The notes: generated by a model not told the origin, from the sequence alone. A stretch of DNA of 39,293 bases from Candidatus Krumholzibacteriia bacterium (GCA_046754105.1 JBHHVD010000022.1:1-39293); one strand, 5' to 3'; positions 26,933-35,508 are shown, counted from the stretch's first letter. Translations and numbers: made by a program.

Positions 26933-28750
26933 ATGTCCAACCTGCGTCGCGCTGCCGTCGTCGCCGCTACGGCGGCGCTTCTGATCACGACCATCGCCGG
27001 GAACGCCGCCCGCCGCGGGCGCGCGGCCGCGCAGACCGGCGGGCACACCCACGGTCACACCGCGCCGGACGGAAACTTTCTCACCCCCTACGCGCGCGAC
27101 GCGCTCGGACTGCTCATGGTGCAGGACTTTCAGGGGCGGATGAAACCGCTGGATACGCTCAGCCGCGAATCCGTGATGAAGGTCACGAAACGCGGCCGCT
27201 TCGAGGGGTGGAACGCCATGGACCTCTCGCTGAGCTGGCTGGCCCACTCGCGCGACTGGTTCGACAAGCCCGTAGTGGCGGTTCGCAACGCCGGGGTCAA
27301 GTCGATCCTCGGGGTCGACGCCGGTACGACGCACGTCACCCCCGCGTCGCTCTACGATGCGTCGGGGCAATACCGACTGGCGGGCGAGGTCGATGCGGCC
27401 CACCGCGTGCCGGACAAGGAAAAAACCAAGACGCAAAAGAAACTCGTCTCCTTCGACGAGCGGTTCAATTTCTTCCATATGGCGCTGCGCGGGATCACGC
27501 TGCGCCTGTTTCCCGTGCCGGGCGACGAGAACAACCGCTGGATCGCCCCGCGTGATATCCCCTCCGAAGTGCCCGGAGAAGTGGGTGAACAGTACCAGGC
27601 CGCTTTCGAGGAACTCTTCCACGCGCTGCAGGAAGGGGACAACACGATCATCTTGCAGGGCGCACGCACGATCCGTGCGCTGCAGGAGCAGCACGGCGCC
27701 ACCGTGATCCCGTCGGAGCGGGCCCGCCACGCGGAGATGTGGCTCAACCGCACGCAGCCGTTTACCTGGGCCACGATCCCGTACCTGTTCGCGTTCGCCA
27801 TTTTGATCCTCGCCTACGCGTGGGGGCTCGCCCGCAGACGCGGAAGGGCGTATTCCCTGCGCCATCCCTTCTATGCGCTCGGCATGCTGCTCTACGCCGG
27901 TACGCTCGCGTATCACACCTACGCGTACGTGCTGCGGTGGATCGCGTCCGGCCACGCACCGCTCAGCAACGGCTACGAATCGCTGATTTTTATCAGCCTC
28001 ATGATCGGCGCCGCCGGTTTTTATTATGAAATGCGCACCCGCGGCGGATCGGTGGCCGCGCTCGCGGGGCTGTTGACGAGCGTTATCCTGGGTGTCGCCA
28101 TGCTGCCCACGTTCGATCCGGCCATCAGCCCGCTGGTGCCGGTGCTCGCCTCGTTCTGGCTGATCGTGCACGTCACCGTGATTACGGCGAGCTACGGGTT
28201 TCTCGGCCTCGCCGCGCTCGTCGCCATGACCATGTTGATCCTTCATCTCTTCAAGGGCCCGGACCGCATGACGCTGCGGCTGGCGATCCTGGAGCTCAAC
28301 AGCCTGCACTGGCGGGTCATGATTACCGGGCTCGCGTTCTTGAGCATTGGTACGTGGCTCGGGGGCGTGTGGGCCAACGAATCGTGGGGCCGCTACTGGG
28401 GTTGGGATCCCAAGGAAACGTGGGCGCTGGTGACGATCCTCGTCTACGCGTTCGTCGCGCACATGCGCTTCGTGGAGACGCTGAACAATCCGCTGAACCT
28501 GGCGGCGGGGAGCTTTGCCGCCATCTCGTCGGTGGGCATGACCTATTTCGGCGTAAACTATTTTCTCTCCGGCCTCCACTCCTACGCGCAGGGAGACGCG
28601 CCGAGCGTGCCCGGGTGGGTGTACGTGATGGCGGTGATGATGGTCGCCCTCATCCTGGGCGCCTACGCGGCCGACGGCAGGCGGAGCTGGGGCGGGATCG
28701 GCGATGACACCGGAGGTGCCTTCGGCGCCGCCCCCGTGCGACGTGTTTGA
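26933..28750 (+). CDS. ccsA: Cytochrome c biogenesis protein CcsA (system II) with extended N-terminal domain
   Basis: WWD motif GGVWANESWGRYWGWDPKETWAL, plus GHAPLSNGYES, LIVHV, GVNYFLSGLHSYA and N-terminal QGRMKPLDT. Confidence 0.94.
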   Translation: MSNLRRAAVVAATAALLITTIAGNAARRGRAAAQTGGHTHGHTAPDGNFLTPYARDALGLLMVQDFQGRMKPLDTLSRESVMKVTKRGRFEGWNAMDLSLSWLAHSRDWFDKPVVAVRNAGVKSILGVDAGTTHVTPASLYDASGQYRLAGEVDAAHRVPDKEKTKTQKKLVSFDERFNFFHMALRGITLRLFPVPGDENNRWIAPRDIPSEVPGEVGEQYQAAFEELFHALQEGDNTIILQGARTIRALQEQHGATVIPSERARHAEMWLNRTQPFTWATIPYLFAFAILILAYAWGLARRRGRAYSLRHPFYALGMLLYAGTLAYHTYAYVLRWIASGHAPLSNGYESLIFISLMIGAAGFYYEMRTRGGSVAALAGLLTSVILGVAMLPTFDPAISPLVPVLASFWLIVHVTVITASYGFLGLAALVAMTMLILHLFKGPDRMTLRLAILELNSLHWRVMITGLAFLSIGTWLGGVWANESWGRYWGWDPKETWALVTILVYAFVAHMRFVETLNNPLNLAAGSFAAISSVGMTYFGVNYFLSGLHSYAQGDAPSVPGWVYVMAVMMVALILGAYAADGRRSWGGIGDDTGGAFGAAPVRRV

Positions 28751-28850
28751 GGCAGGATTCCAGCGCGGCTTCGCCCGTGCGTGTGAGTGGGTGGCACCCG
28801 CGAACCGTGCCTGAGCGCGATTGTGCGAGGCGCCGATGCGGCCAAACAAG

Positions 28851-28878
28851 AACAGGCCCGACATTTGCCGGGCCTGTT
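28851..28878. terminator. Hairpin / probable bidirectional terminator between convergent genes
   Basis: AACAGGCCCG-N8-CGGGCCTGTT perfect 10-bp stem. Confidence 0.6.
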
Positions 28879-28907
28879 TCCGTTCGTGCTGGAGCGTGTG
28901 GGCGTCT

Positions 28908-29819
28908 TTACTCGGTTACCAGGTTCTTGAATACCCAGCCGGTTTTGTCGTCCGGCGTTTTCACCTTGTACCACAGGTCGTCGCGCTCGATCACCGTCAG
29001 GCGGTCGCCTTTTTGCACCGTCGTCACGATGCGCGAGTCGACGGTGGCGGCCTGGCGGATGTTTACGACGGATGACCCGACGGTGACGCTCGCCCGGGCC
29101 GTGCCGCCCGAGAAAGGCGCCGGCCGTATGACGGCGGTGCTCATGACGAGCACCAGCCCGAACACGAGTGCCATCCGGTAGACGTCGAGCGTGACGTATC
29201 TCCGGTTGCGCGAGCTCCCGAGCAGTGCCCACGCGGCGAATCCACCGCCGAGCGACACACCCCAGAACCAGGCGGCACCGGCCGCCATGCGCAACGCGAT
29301 GACGAGGGCGAAGAATACCGCCAGCGCCGGAATGACAAGTCTCAAATCTTCGCGCAGGTTCGGGTCGGCGAAGAGACCTCGTAGCGTTTGCCAGACGGGC
29401 CAGGTCAAGCGCCGCACGCGCGCGTGCCACGCCTGCCGGCGGACGTCGCCGAGACGGTTGTTGATCTCTTCGAGGCGGCGCACCGATTCCCGTACAAGGG
29501 CGTTGTTGGCGGCGATGTCCGTATTGCAGTGCGGACAGAGATTGGCATCGATGTGAACCAGGGTCGCGCACGCCGGGCACGGTGTCTGGTTGTTCTTCTG
29601 GACTCGCTCGCTCTTGAAAGCGGTCAGGCGCTCCGCTTCCGCGTGCAGCGTGGAGCGGTCGATCTGGGGCAACGGCCGGGCCGCCGGCCGGGCCGGTTCC
29701 ATGGTCGGAACATCTTGCACGGACGTCGCCCGCTGGGGCGTATCCGCAGCGGAGGGATCCGCACCCGGTGCGTCCTCGATGGGCGCGTCCTGGGTCGGCG
29801 CTTCGGGATCTTTGGTCAT
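28908..29819 (-). CDS. Membrane protein with zinc ribbon and C-terminal SH3b domain
   Basis: CPAC-x10-CPHC, a coiled coil, three TM segments, then VNIRQAA...V..GD.L.V......WYKVK....KTGWV. GAGG RBS. Confidence 0.8.
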   Translation of the reverse strand: MTKDPEAPTQDAPIEDAPGADPSAADTPQRATSVQDVPTMEPARPAARPLPQIDRSTLHAEAERLTAFKSERVQKNNQTPCPACATLVHIDANLCPHCNTDIAANNALVRESVRRLEEINNRLGDVRRQAWHARVRRLTWPVWQTLRGLFADPNLREDLRLVIPALAVFFALVIALRMAAGAAWFWGVSLGGGFAAWALLGSSRNRRYVTLDVYRMALVFGLVLVMSTAVIRPAPFSGGTARASVTVGSSVVNIRQAATVDSRIVTTVQKGDRLTVIERDDLWYKVKTPDDKTGWVFKNLVTE

Positions 29820-30022
29820 TTTCCCACCTCGTTCGGTTGGAACGGTCTATGGCAAAAATTCATGTAGGATGGTCAGAAATCTGACGTCAGGTCGCAAGGA
29901 ATCGTGACAGACTGACCCGGGACACAACTGAGCAAAATCTGCACCAATCTGGATGGACGTCTTTGTGGCGGCCCCGGGTCGCCGGCGGTGGGCGCAGCGT
30001 GCCGGGGCAAAAGGGACTCCTG

Positions 30023-31141
30023 TCACCGCTGGGGGATGGAAACACGGGCGCAGCGCCAGCGGCTGGTCTCGATCGTGACCTCTCCGGTGGGTGTTGCGGT
30101 GACACGGATCACACCGTCCCACGCCGTCGCGTATACCCGTGACCTCACCACGCGGGTCCGGAAGCGGTAGGGCCCCTCGGCCAGGCGGGCCGCCCTGGGG
30201 TGGATGCGTTGGGCCGGGATGGCCGCCTCGAGCCGCTGCCACGTGGCGAGGCTCGGGAGCCCGTTCCTGCGCGCGGGATAGCCGTTCCAGCTGCCTACGG
30301 CGATGACGGCGAGCCGGGGTGACATCGCCTCCAGCAGCCCGTCGCTGGTGCCATCGCGGGCGCCGTGGCCGCCGGCCAGGTAAAGGTCGACGTCGAGCAG
30401 GTTGCCGGAGCGGTAATAGTCTATCAGTGTGCCGATGCCGACCCGTCCGAGATCCCCCGTAAAGAGGAGGGAAAATTCGCCGTAGTCGACGCGGACGACC
30501 AGCGACTGGTTATCCTCCGCGGCGAAATCCTCGGGCGCCCAACCCGCGGGTGTCTCGATACGCTCGAAGCTGGTGGGGAAATACTCGAGGTGGCGCGCGG
30601 CGAGCACACGGATCAACGGGTCGGTGCCGGCACAGGCGAGCGGGTCGATCTGCGGGCCGGTCAGCCCCGTGCGGTCGTCGAGACCGGCGATCTCGATCGC
30701 GGAGACCTCGCGTACGATTTCGCTCGGCACGTTCATGCGGACCCATTCCTGCGCACCGCTGATCTCCGTGTTGGCGGGGTGGCCGTTGTCGACGTAGTAT
30801 TTTACGTTGAAATTACGGAACACGTCCGGCAGCGCCCGTGTGTGCCCCGGATGGTTGTGCGTGATGATGACGAGGTCGAGGGTGTCGGCCAGGTCGCCGC
30901 GCCGCGCAAAGAACGCGTGCAGGTAGCTCATGAAATCGGCCACGTGGGAAGGATTTTCGGCGCCGGCGTCCACGAGCACCGCACCGCACGGGAACTCGAG
31001 GAGTGTTGCCTCGCCCTGGCCGACGTTTATGAAATGAGCGGTCATGGCCGGCTCGTCGCCGGCGAACGAGGGCGCGCCGCTCGCGTTGTGGATGGACAAC
31101 AGGCACAGAAGCAGGGTCGCAAGCACGATACGTATTCTCAT
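30023..31141 (-). CDS. Secreted ComEC/Rec2-like metallo-beta-lactamase-fold protein
   Basis: HFINVGQGEATL, LVDAG, ITHNHPGH, NQSLVVRV.YG.FS.LFTGD and P.LAVI.VG motifs. Signal peptide and AGGAG RBS. Confidence 0.85.
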   Translation of the reverse strand: MRIRIVLATLLLCLLSIHNASGAPSFAGDEPAMTAHFINVGQGEATLLEFPCGAVLVDAGAENPSHVADFMSYLHAFFARRGDLADTLDLVIITHNHPGHTRALPDVFRNFNVKYYVDNGHPANTEISGAQEWVRMNVPSEIVREVSAIEIAGLDDRTGLTGPQIDPLACAGTDPLIRVLAARHLEYFPTSFERIETPAGWAPEDFAAEDNQSLVVRVDYGEFSLLFTGDLGRVGIGTLIDYYRSGNLLDVDLYLAGGHGARDGTSDGLLEAMSPRLAVIAVGSWNGYPARRNGLPSLATWQRLEAAIPAQRIHPRAARLAEGPYRFRTRVVRSRVYATAWDGVIRVTATPTGEVTIETSRWRCARVSIPQR

Positions 31142-31224
31142 CTCGGTTCTCCTTCGGCCAGGCCGGGCCCCGACCATGATAAACAGGATCGGACATCGTG
31201 CAAACATCCGATCGGTGTTTTTAT

Positions 31225-31238
31225 TTGACAATTGTCAA
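31225..31238. promoter_or_regulatory. Perfect palindrome TTGACAATTGTCAA (candidate TF site)
   Basis: 14-bp perfect palindrome upstream of the ComEC-like gene. Related copies at 21172, 34943 and 38667. Confidence 0.55.
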
Positions 31239-31346
31239 CGGGAACGGGATGGCGTACGAGACGGAACCTGCAAGACACAGGCCGTTAACACCGGTACGTG
31301 GCGGTCTTGCGGCGCGCGTCGCGCCGGCGGGGCGCCCTGGTGGCAG

Positions 31347-31372
31347 ACCGGCGGCCCGGGCGGGCCGCCGGT
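31347..31372 (-). terminator. GC-rich hairpin downstream of the secreted protein gene
   Basis: ACCGGCGGCCC-GGGC-GGGCCGCCGGT 11-bp stem, 14 nt past the stop. No strong U-tract. Confidence 0.45.
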
Positions 31373-31386
31373 TTCCAGGGGGTGGC

Positions 31387-31905
31387 CTATTGCTCGTAAA
31401 GGGCTTTCAAACGGCCCCAGGTCGATTGTTCGACGGGGCTGATCGTAGGACAGACCTCGCCCGGCGAGACGTTGCCCGGCACGTTGCCCGTACAAAACCC
31501 GATCAGCGCGGCCGGCATCAGGACCTGTTCGTTTTCATGCCCCGCGCAGTCGCTGCAGGTCCACTGAAAAGCCACCCTCGCGCACACGATCGGAGATAGC
31601 CCGTCGAGTGGCGTGGGCCAGGCCATGCTCACCGTGCTGGGCGTCGTTCCGACGGTGGCCGGCGCGGTGTCGAAATCCGCGATCCATAACATGCTCGGCG
31701 GATACGTGACCTGGAATGCGGCACCGCAAATCGGTGCGCCCGCGTCGACGAGGAGAATCGTCAGCGTGTCGGCGACGCCCACGCCGGGGCAGTGGGGCTT
31801 GTTCGAAAGCACTATAGAATACGTCGGTACCTGCGCGTGCGAGCTCAGAAAGCAAAGGCTGACGAGCACGAGTGCCAGGCCGACCGCCAGTAGACGTGAG
31901 TTCAT
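31387..31905 (-). CDS. Secreted Cys-containing beta-sandwich (cohesin-like) protein with C-terminal TWG tail, paralog 1
   Basis: Signal peptide (SSHA|Q), GAAFQVTYPP, FQWTCSDC and tail PVEQSTWGRLKALYEQ. Confidence 0.82.
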   Translation of the reverse strand: MNSRLLAVGLALVLVSLCFLSSHAQVPTYSIVLSNKPHCPGVGVADTLTILLVDAGAPICGAAFQVTYPPSMLWIADFDTAPATVGTTPSTVSMAWPTPLDGLSPIVCARVAFQWTCSDCAGHENEQVLMPAALIGFCTGNVPGNVSPGEVCPTISPVEQSTWGRLKALYEQ

Positions 31906-31981
31906 AGAGACCGCCTTTCATAGTGGGCGAGGAGTCACGGTCTCCCCTGGTGCGTGGATAAGAACAGAAAGTGCAACGTAA

Positions 31982-32011
31982 GTAATACCACAAACTAACG
32001 GCGGGTGTCAA
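31982..32011 (-). promoter_or_regulatory. Putative sigma70 promoter for paralog 1
   Basis: Minus strand TTGACA-N18-TATTAC with TGn extension. Confidence 0.5.
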
Positions 32012-32100
32012 TAAAAAGCCCGTCCGTATGCGGTAAACGGCCATTTACGAAGAATGGGACTCTATGGGGAGGCGCCCGGCGGCGCGGGCCGGCGAGCGGG

Positions 32101-33855
32101 TTACATCGCCGTGCGCATGATCATCGGTTGGGCTATGAGCCACAGGCTCTGAAAGGAGAACAAGAGCATGCCGGCGAGGATCGGGATCTGGCTCATCACC
32201 GCCTGCCGGGGCTGGTCGTAGAGTGAGCGGGATATCTTGTGCGCGACGCGGATGCCGTAGATGTGGCCGAAGAGGATCAGCGCAACCTGCATGCCCCAGC
32301 CCACGCCAAGGGGCAGGACCATGTCGACGGGCATCGAGGCGGTGCCGAAGAGATTCCAGTCCAGCCCGAACGGGTCGGAGGCCAGGCGCACGAGCTTCTT
32401 GCCCTCGAAGAGGATGTGCTGGGCGTTGTGCGCCAGGTGGTAAAAGAGCGCAATGGGCAGGAGGGAATAGGCGAAACGGACGAAGAGCCGCCCGGCGCTG
32501 TTCTTGTGATCGCCCGCCGACCATTTCATCAGCCAGCAGATACCGTAGTACACCCCGAGCGGCAGGGCCAGGATGCCCGTCATCGCGACCGAGAACGCCA
32601 GGAGGTGCGGCGCGCCGAAGGTGCCTTCGAACCAGCGCAGGATGGTCACCCACAACGGCGTCATCGTCAGGCCGTGAAACGCGCTCATCGACAGGAGGGC
32701 GATCGCGAGGAACGCCTCATCGGAGCGCACCTTGCTGGTCTCGAGCAGATCGGCTCCCACCGGACGCGTGTTCCAGACGATGTTGTCCTCGGGGCAGGCC
32801 TTGATGCACTCCGTACACAGCGTGCAGTAGGTGTTGACGTCCATGGCGCCGATGAACTGGTGCGTGGGGCAGGGGTAGGCGTTTTCGTTTCCGTGGTAAC
32901 AGTCCTTGGTCACGCACGCGCGGCACACATTCGCGTCGTCTCTGCGTAGCTCCGTGCCGGCCAGCATCGCATAGAGGCCCTGTACGCGTCCGACCAGGCA
33001 GGCGTAGCGGCAAAACGCCTTGCGTTCGTAGACGAGCAGCGTGAGCACGCTCGCCATCACCATGACCAGGGCGAGGGTGGCGGTGAGCCAGGGTTTCTGG
33101 GTAATGCCGAAGCCGAGCTCGAGCCACGTGAGTGCCACGAAGGAAATGGTCGCGATCCAGATGTTGCGAAGCCTCTTGGGCCAGCGGTTGTCGGCGCTAA
33201 ACGGCTTGCGGACCCGCCGCCAGAAGCTGGACTTCGCCAGCCAGTCGGAAACACCCATCCACGGGCAGGCGGTGCACCATATCTTGCCCATGAACAGAAC
33301 GGCGACGATCAGCCACGTCCACCAGAAGGCCCAGGTCAGCGCGGGCGCGATGTTGCGCGTGGGATCGGGGTTGCCCATCAGGCCCGCCACGATCACGATC
33401 ATGAACAGAATAAAGACGGGAAACTGCAGGCTGAACTGAAACCAGCGGCGCTTGACCAGCCACTTGATGCCGGGGATGCGGAGCAGGTTCCAGCGGAAAC
33501 CGCGCTGGGGTTGAGCGCTTTGCCGTCGTCCCCAGTAGTGAAAGAGAACGAAGGACAGCAGGAGCACCGAAATCGCCGCCGCGTAAAAGAGCCACTGCGG
33601 CGCCCCGGGCATCAACGCCGCTGCACCGTAGAGCCTCTTCCTCTCCAGCGGGACCAGCGACATGCCGCACTTGGGGCACCTGCCGAATTCGTACTGGCGC
33701 ACGCTCTCGCACATGGGGCAACCCCACACGGTCACCAGGCGGGTTTGCGACAGGAGCGCGTCGGCGGGCTGTTCGCACGCGCGCGCGGGCGCCGCGGTGC
33801 CGATGAGCAGCAGCAGCACGGGAACAACGAGGTAGTGTCGGTAACGATGCGACAT
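32101..33855 (-). CDS. Membrane polyferredoxin (NapH/NosR-like 4Fe-4S binding) with N-terminal heavy-metal-binding domain
   Basis: CPMC...GRCPKCGMSL (HMBD-like), WCTACPW, FCRYAC, CRAC...C and CTLCTECIKACP, plus many TM helices. Confidence 0.85.
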   Translation of the reverse strand: MSHRYRHYLVVPVLLLLIGTAAPARACEQPADALLSQTRLVTVWGCPMCESVRQYEFGRCPKCGMSLVPLERKRLYGAAALMPGAPQWLFYAAAISVLLLSFVLFHYWGRRQSAQPQRGFRWNLLRIPGIKWLVKRRWFQFSLQFPVFILFMIVIVAGLMGNPDPTRNIAPALTWAFWWTWLIVAVLFMGKIWCTACPWMGVSDWLAKSSFWRRVRKPFSADNRWPKRLRNIWIATISFVALTWLELGFGITQKPWLTATLALVMVMASVLTLLVYERKAFCRYACLVGRVQGLYAMLAGTELRRDDANVCRACVTKDCYHGNENAYPCPTHQFIGAMDVNTYCTLCTECIKACPEDNIVWNTRPVGADLLETSKVRSDEAFLAIALLSMSAFHGLTMTPLWVTILRWFEGTFGAPHLLAFSVAMTGILALPLGVYYGICWLMKWSAGDHKNSAGRLFVRFAYSLLPIALFYHLAHNAQHILFEGKKLVRLASDPFGLDWNLFGTASMPVDMVLPLGVGWGMQVALILFGHIYGIRVAHKISRSLYDQPRQAVMSQIPILAGMLLFSFQSLWLIAQPMIMRTAM

Positions 33856-34268
33856 GTGTATTCCCTACCATACGCGGGCGCAGGCAAGTCTGCGCCGTTT
33901 GCAACCGGTGCGAGCAACTTTCGTGCACGGGCGATGGGATTTCTGATGGGAGTTTTCGAACGAGCGCAGATACAGGGTCGCGGCCGGGGAAGAGTAGCTA
34001 GCCTGCTGCGATCTAACTAGTTATGAAATGGGTCATGTGGCGCTTCGGTAGCGGGGTACAGGGCGCGTCCACGGGGCGGCAGCGGGTGTGCAATCCGACG
34101 CGCGGGCACTTTGCATTCCGGAACCGGACAGCGTGTACCTGCACGCCCACGGCCGCGTGGCCAAAACACCCGGGAGAGGTGGCATCACGTTGCCGGCGCA
34201 TCTCGACAACATGGCGTTATTGTGGCCCGCACCCCCGCAGTCCGGTGAACGTGTCCACCGGCCGGCCG

Positions 34269-34847
34269 CTACTGACCGTACAGGGACTTTACCTGTCCCC
34301 AGGTCGTGTCCTCGACCGGAACGGTCGGACAGATGAGCGCCGTCAGGCCCTCGGCCGGAAAGGTCCCGATCTGGTTGAAACACGTATACTCCGGGTTCAG
34401 CGGGTTGAACAACGGGTGGCCGACGACCCGGACCGGAATGTTGGTTTGCGAGCAATCGGTACACACCCACTGAAAGATCACCGTCGCGATACACAGTGGG
34501 TTGGGCGGGAAGTTGTTCTGGGGAAGCGCCCACCCCATCGACATACCGGTGTCCGTACTACCGATCGTGACCGGTTGCGTGCCGATATCGGCCACCCACT
34601 GCATGCACACCGGCGGGTATTCCACCTTGAGCTGCACGCCGGTCACGAAGCAGCTGAAGTTGTATGCAATGACGTACAGGGAATCGATCGCGCCGAACAC
34701 ACCGGGTGGAATCGCGGTGTCGGTAATGCCGTTGCAGTTCGGGCTGACCTCAAAGAACACCCCGATGTAGGGTGTCTGCGCGCTCGCAGTCGCTCCAACG
34801 ACAAGCAGCGCCGCAAGGGCGATGAGTAATACCGTAACAAGCCGCAT
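34269..34847 (-). CDS. Secreted Cys-containing beta-sandwich (cohesin-like) protein with C-terminal TWG tail, paralog 2
   Basis: AAGGAGG RBS, signal peptide (ASA|Q), GVQLKVEYPP, FQWVCTDC and tail PVEDTTWGQVKSLYGQ. Confidence 0.85.
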   Translation of the reverse strand: MRLVTVLLIALAALLVVGATASAQTPYIGVFFEVSPNCNGITDTAIPPGVFGAIDSLYVIAYNFSCFVTGVQLKVEYPPVCMQWVADIGTQPVTIGSTDTGMSMGWALPQNNFPPNPLCIATVIFQWVCTDCSQTNIPVRVVGHPLFNPLNPEYTCFNQIGTFPAEGLTALICPTVPVEDTTWGQVKSLYGQ

Positions 34848-34901
34848 CTCGAACCTCCTTTGCTCGAAGGGGCCGAAGCCACGGTCATTCGTTACGCCAC
34901 A

Positions 34902-34958
34902 AGTATAGCACAGGTGCAAGGAGGAATTCCACAGGCATTAAGATGACAATTATCATCT
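34902..34958 (-). promoter_or_regulatory. Putative promoter of paralog 2: extended -10 TGCTATACT plus upstream near-palindrome AGATGACAATTATCATCT
   Basis: Minus strand TGCTATACT at 34910-34902. The 18-bp palindrome with one mismatched pair lies at 34941-34958. Confidence 0.55.
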
Positions 34959-35508
34959 GCGGGGCACCGGCGGTAACCGGCTTCGCCTTTTCGCCTTGCT
35001 GATGCCCCGGGCAACCGCGCGGACCCCCGGGGCGCCGTCCAGGTCATCCAGGCGGATGTCTCCGTCCTCGGTGTCGATGTCCACGGCCGTCTTCGTGGGT
35101 ACCGTGACGACCGCTCGGGCGTGCACGCGGTTGTAGCGCTGCCAGAAACCGATGCCGCGGCTCGCGGCTTTCGACGAGCAGCGTGTTGCCCTCGAGGCGC
35201 GCGTCAAAGGTCAACTCCTCGAAGTACTCGCGGGCGCGTTCGGGGTCGGCGCCGGAGACGAAGACCTCGACCGAACTCTTGCCGGGCTTGCCCGTCCTGA
35301 CATGGATATCCATGTCGCCGACTTCGACCCGCAGTTCGCCGCCGGAGGAGAGCGCGAATTCCTCGAAAAAAGCGACGTCCCGGGCGTGTTTTTCGTCGGC
35401 GGACCGGCGGTCGCTCGGAGTGGCGAAGGCCGTGGCGACCAGCGCCACCCCGATGGCAAGGGTGGATACGGCCAGAAACCGTTCGTTAGAACGAATATGT
35501 AATTGCAT
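34953..35508 (-). pseudogene. Frameshifted and truncated DUF4097-like (adhesin/beta-strand repeat) secreted protein
   Basis: AGGAGG RBS and ATG 35508. Signal peptide, then GGELRVEVGDMDIHV...LEGNTLLVESREPR. Homology continues in another frame near 35157 (GIGFWQRYNRVHARAVVTVP...VDIDTEDGDIRLDDLDG), then decays and stops at 34953. Confidence 0.7.

Noticed and set aside
25811..28864. 1017-aa minus-strand ORF
   Set aside because: Antisense shadow of resB/ccsA in high-GC DNA. Arg/His/Gly-rich with no motifs.
28860..28869. GACATTTGCC resembling the lexA palindrome core
   Set aside because: It has one mismatch and lies in the loop of a terminator-like hairpin between convergent genes, not in a promoter.
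33913..33929. Sigma54-like GTGCACGAAAGTTGCT on the minus strand
   Set aside because: It lacks the invariant GG at -24/-25.
33960..34260. Long intergenic region as a possible riboswitch, including the TAACTAGTTA palindrome at 34014-34023
   Set aside because: No known aptamer consensus recognised on either strand, and a single 10-bp palindrome is weak evidence.
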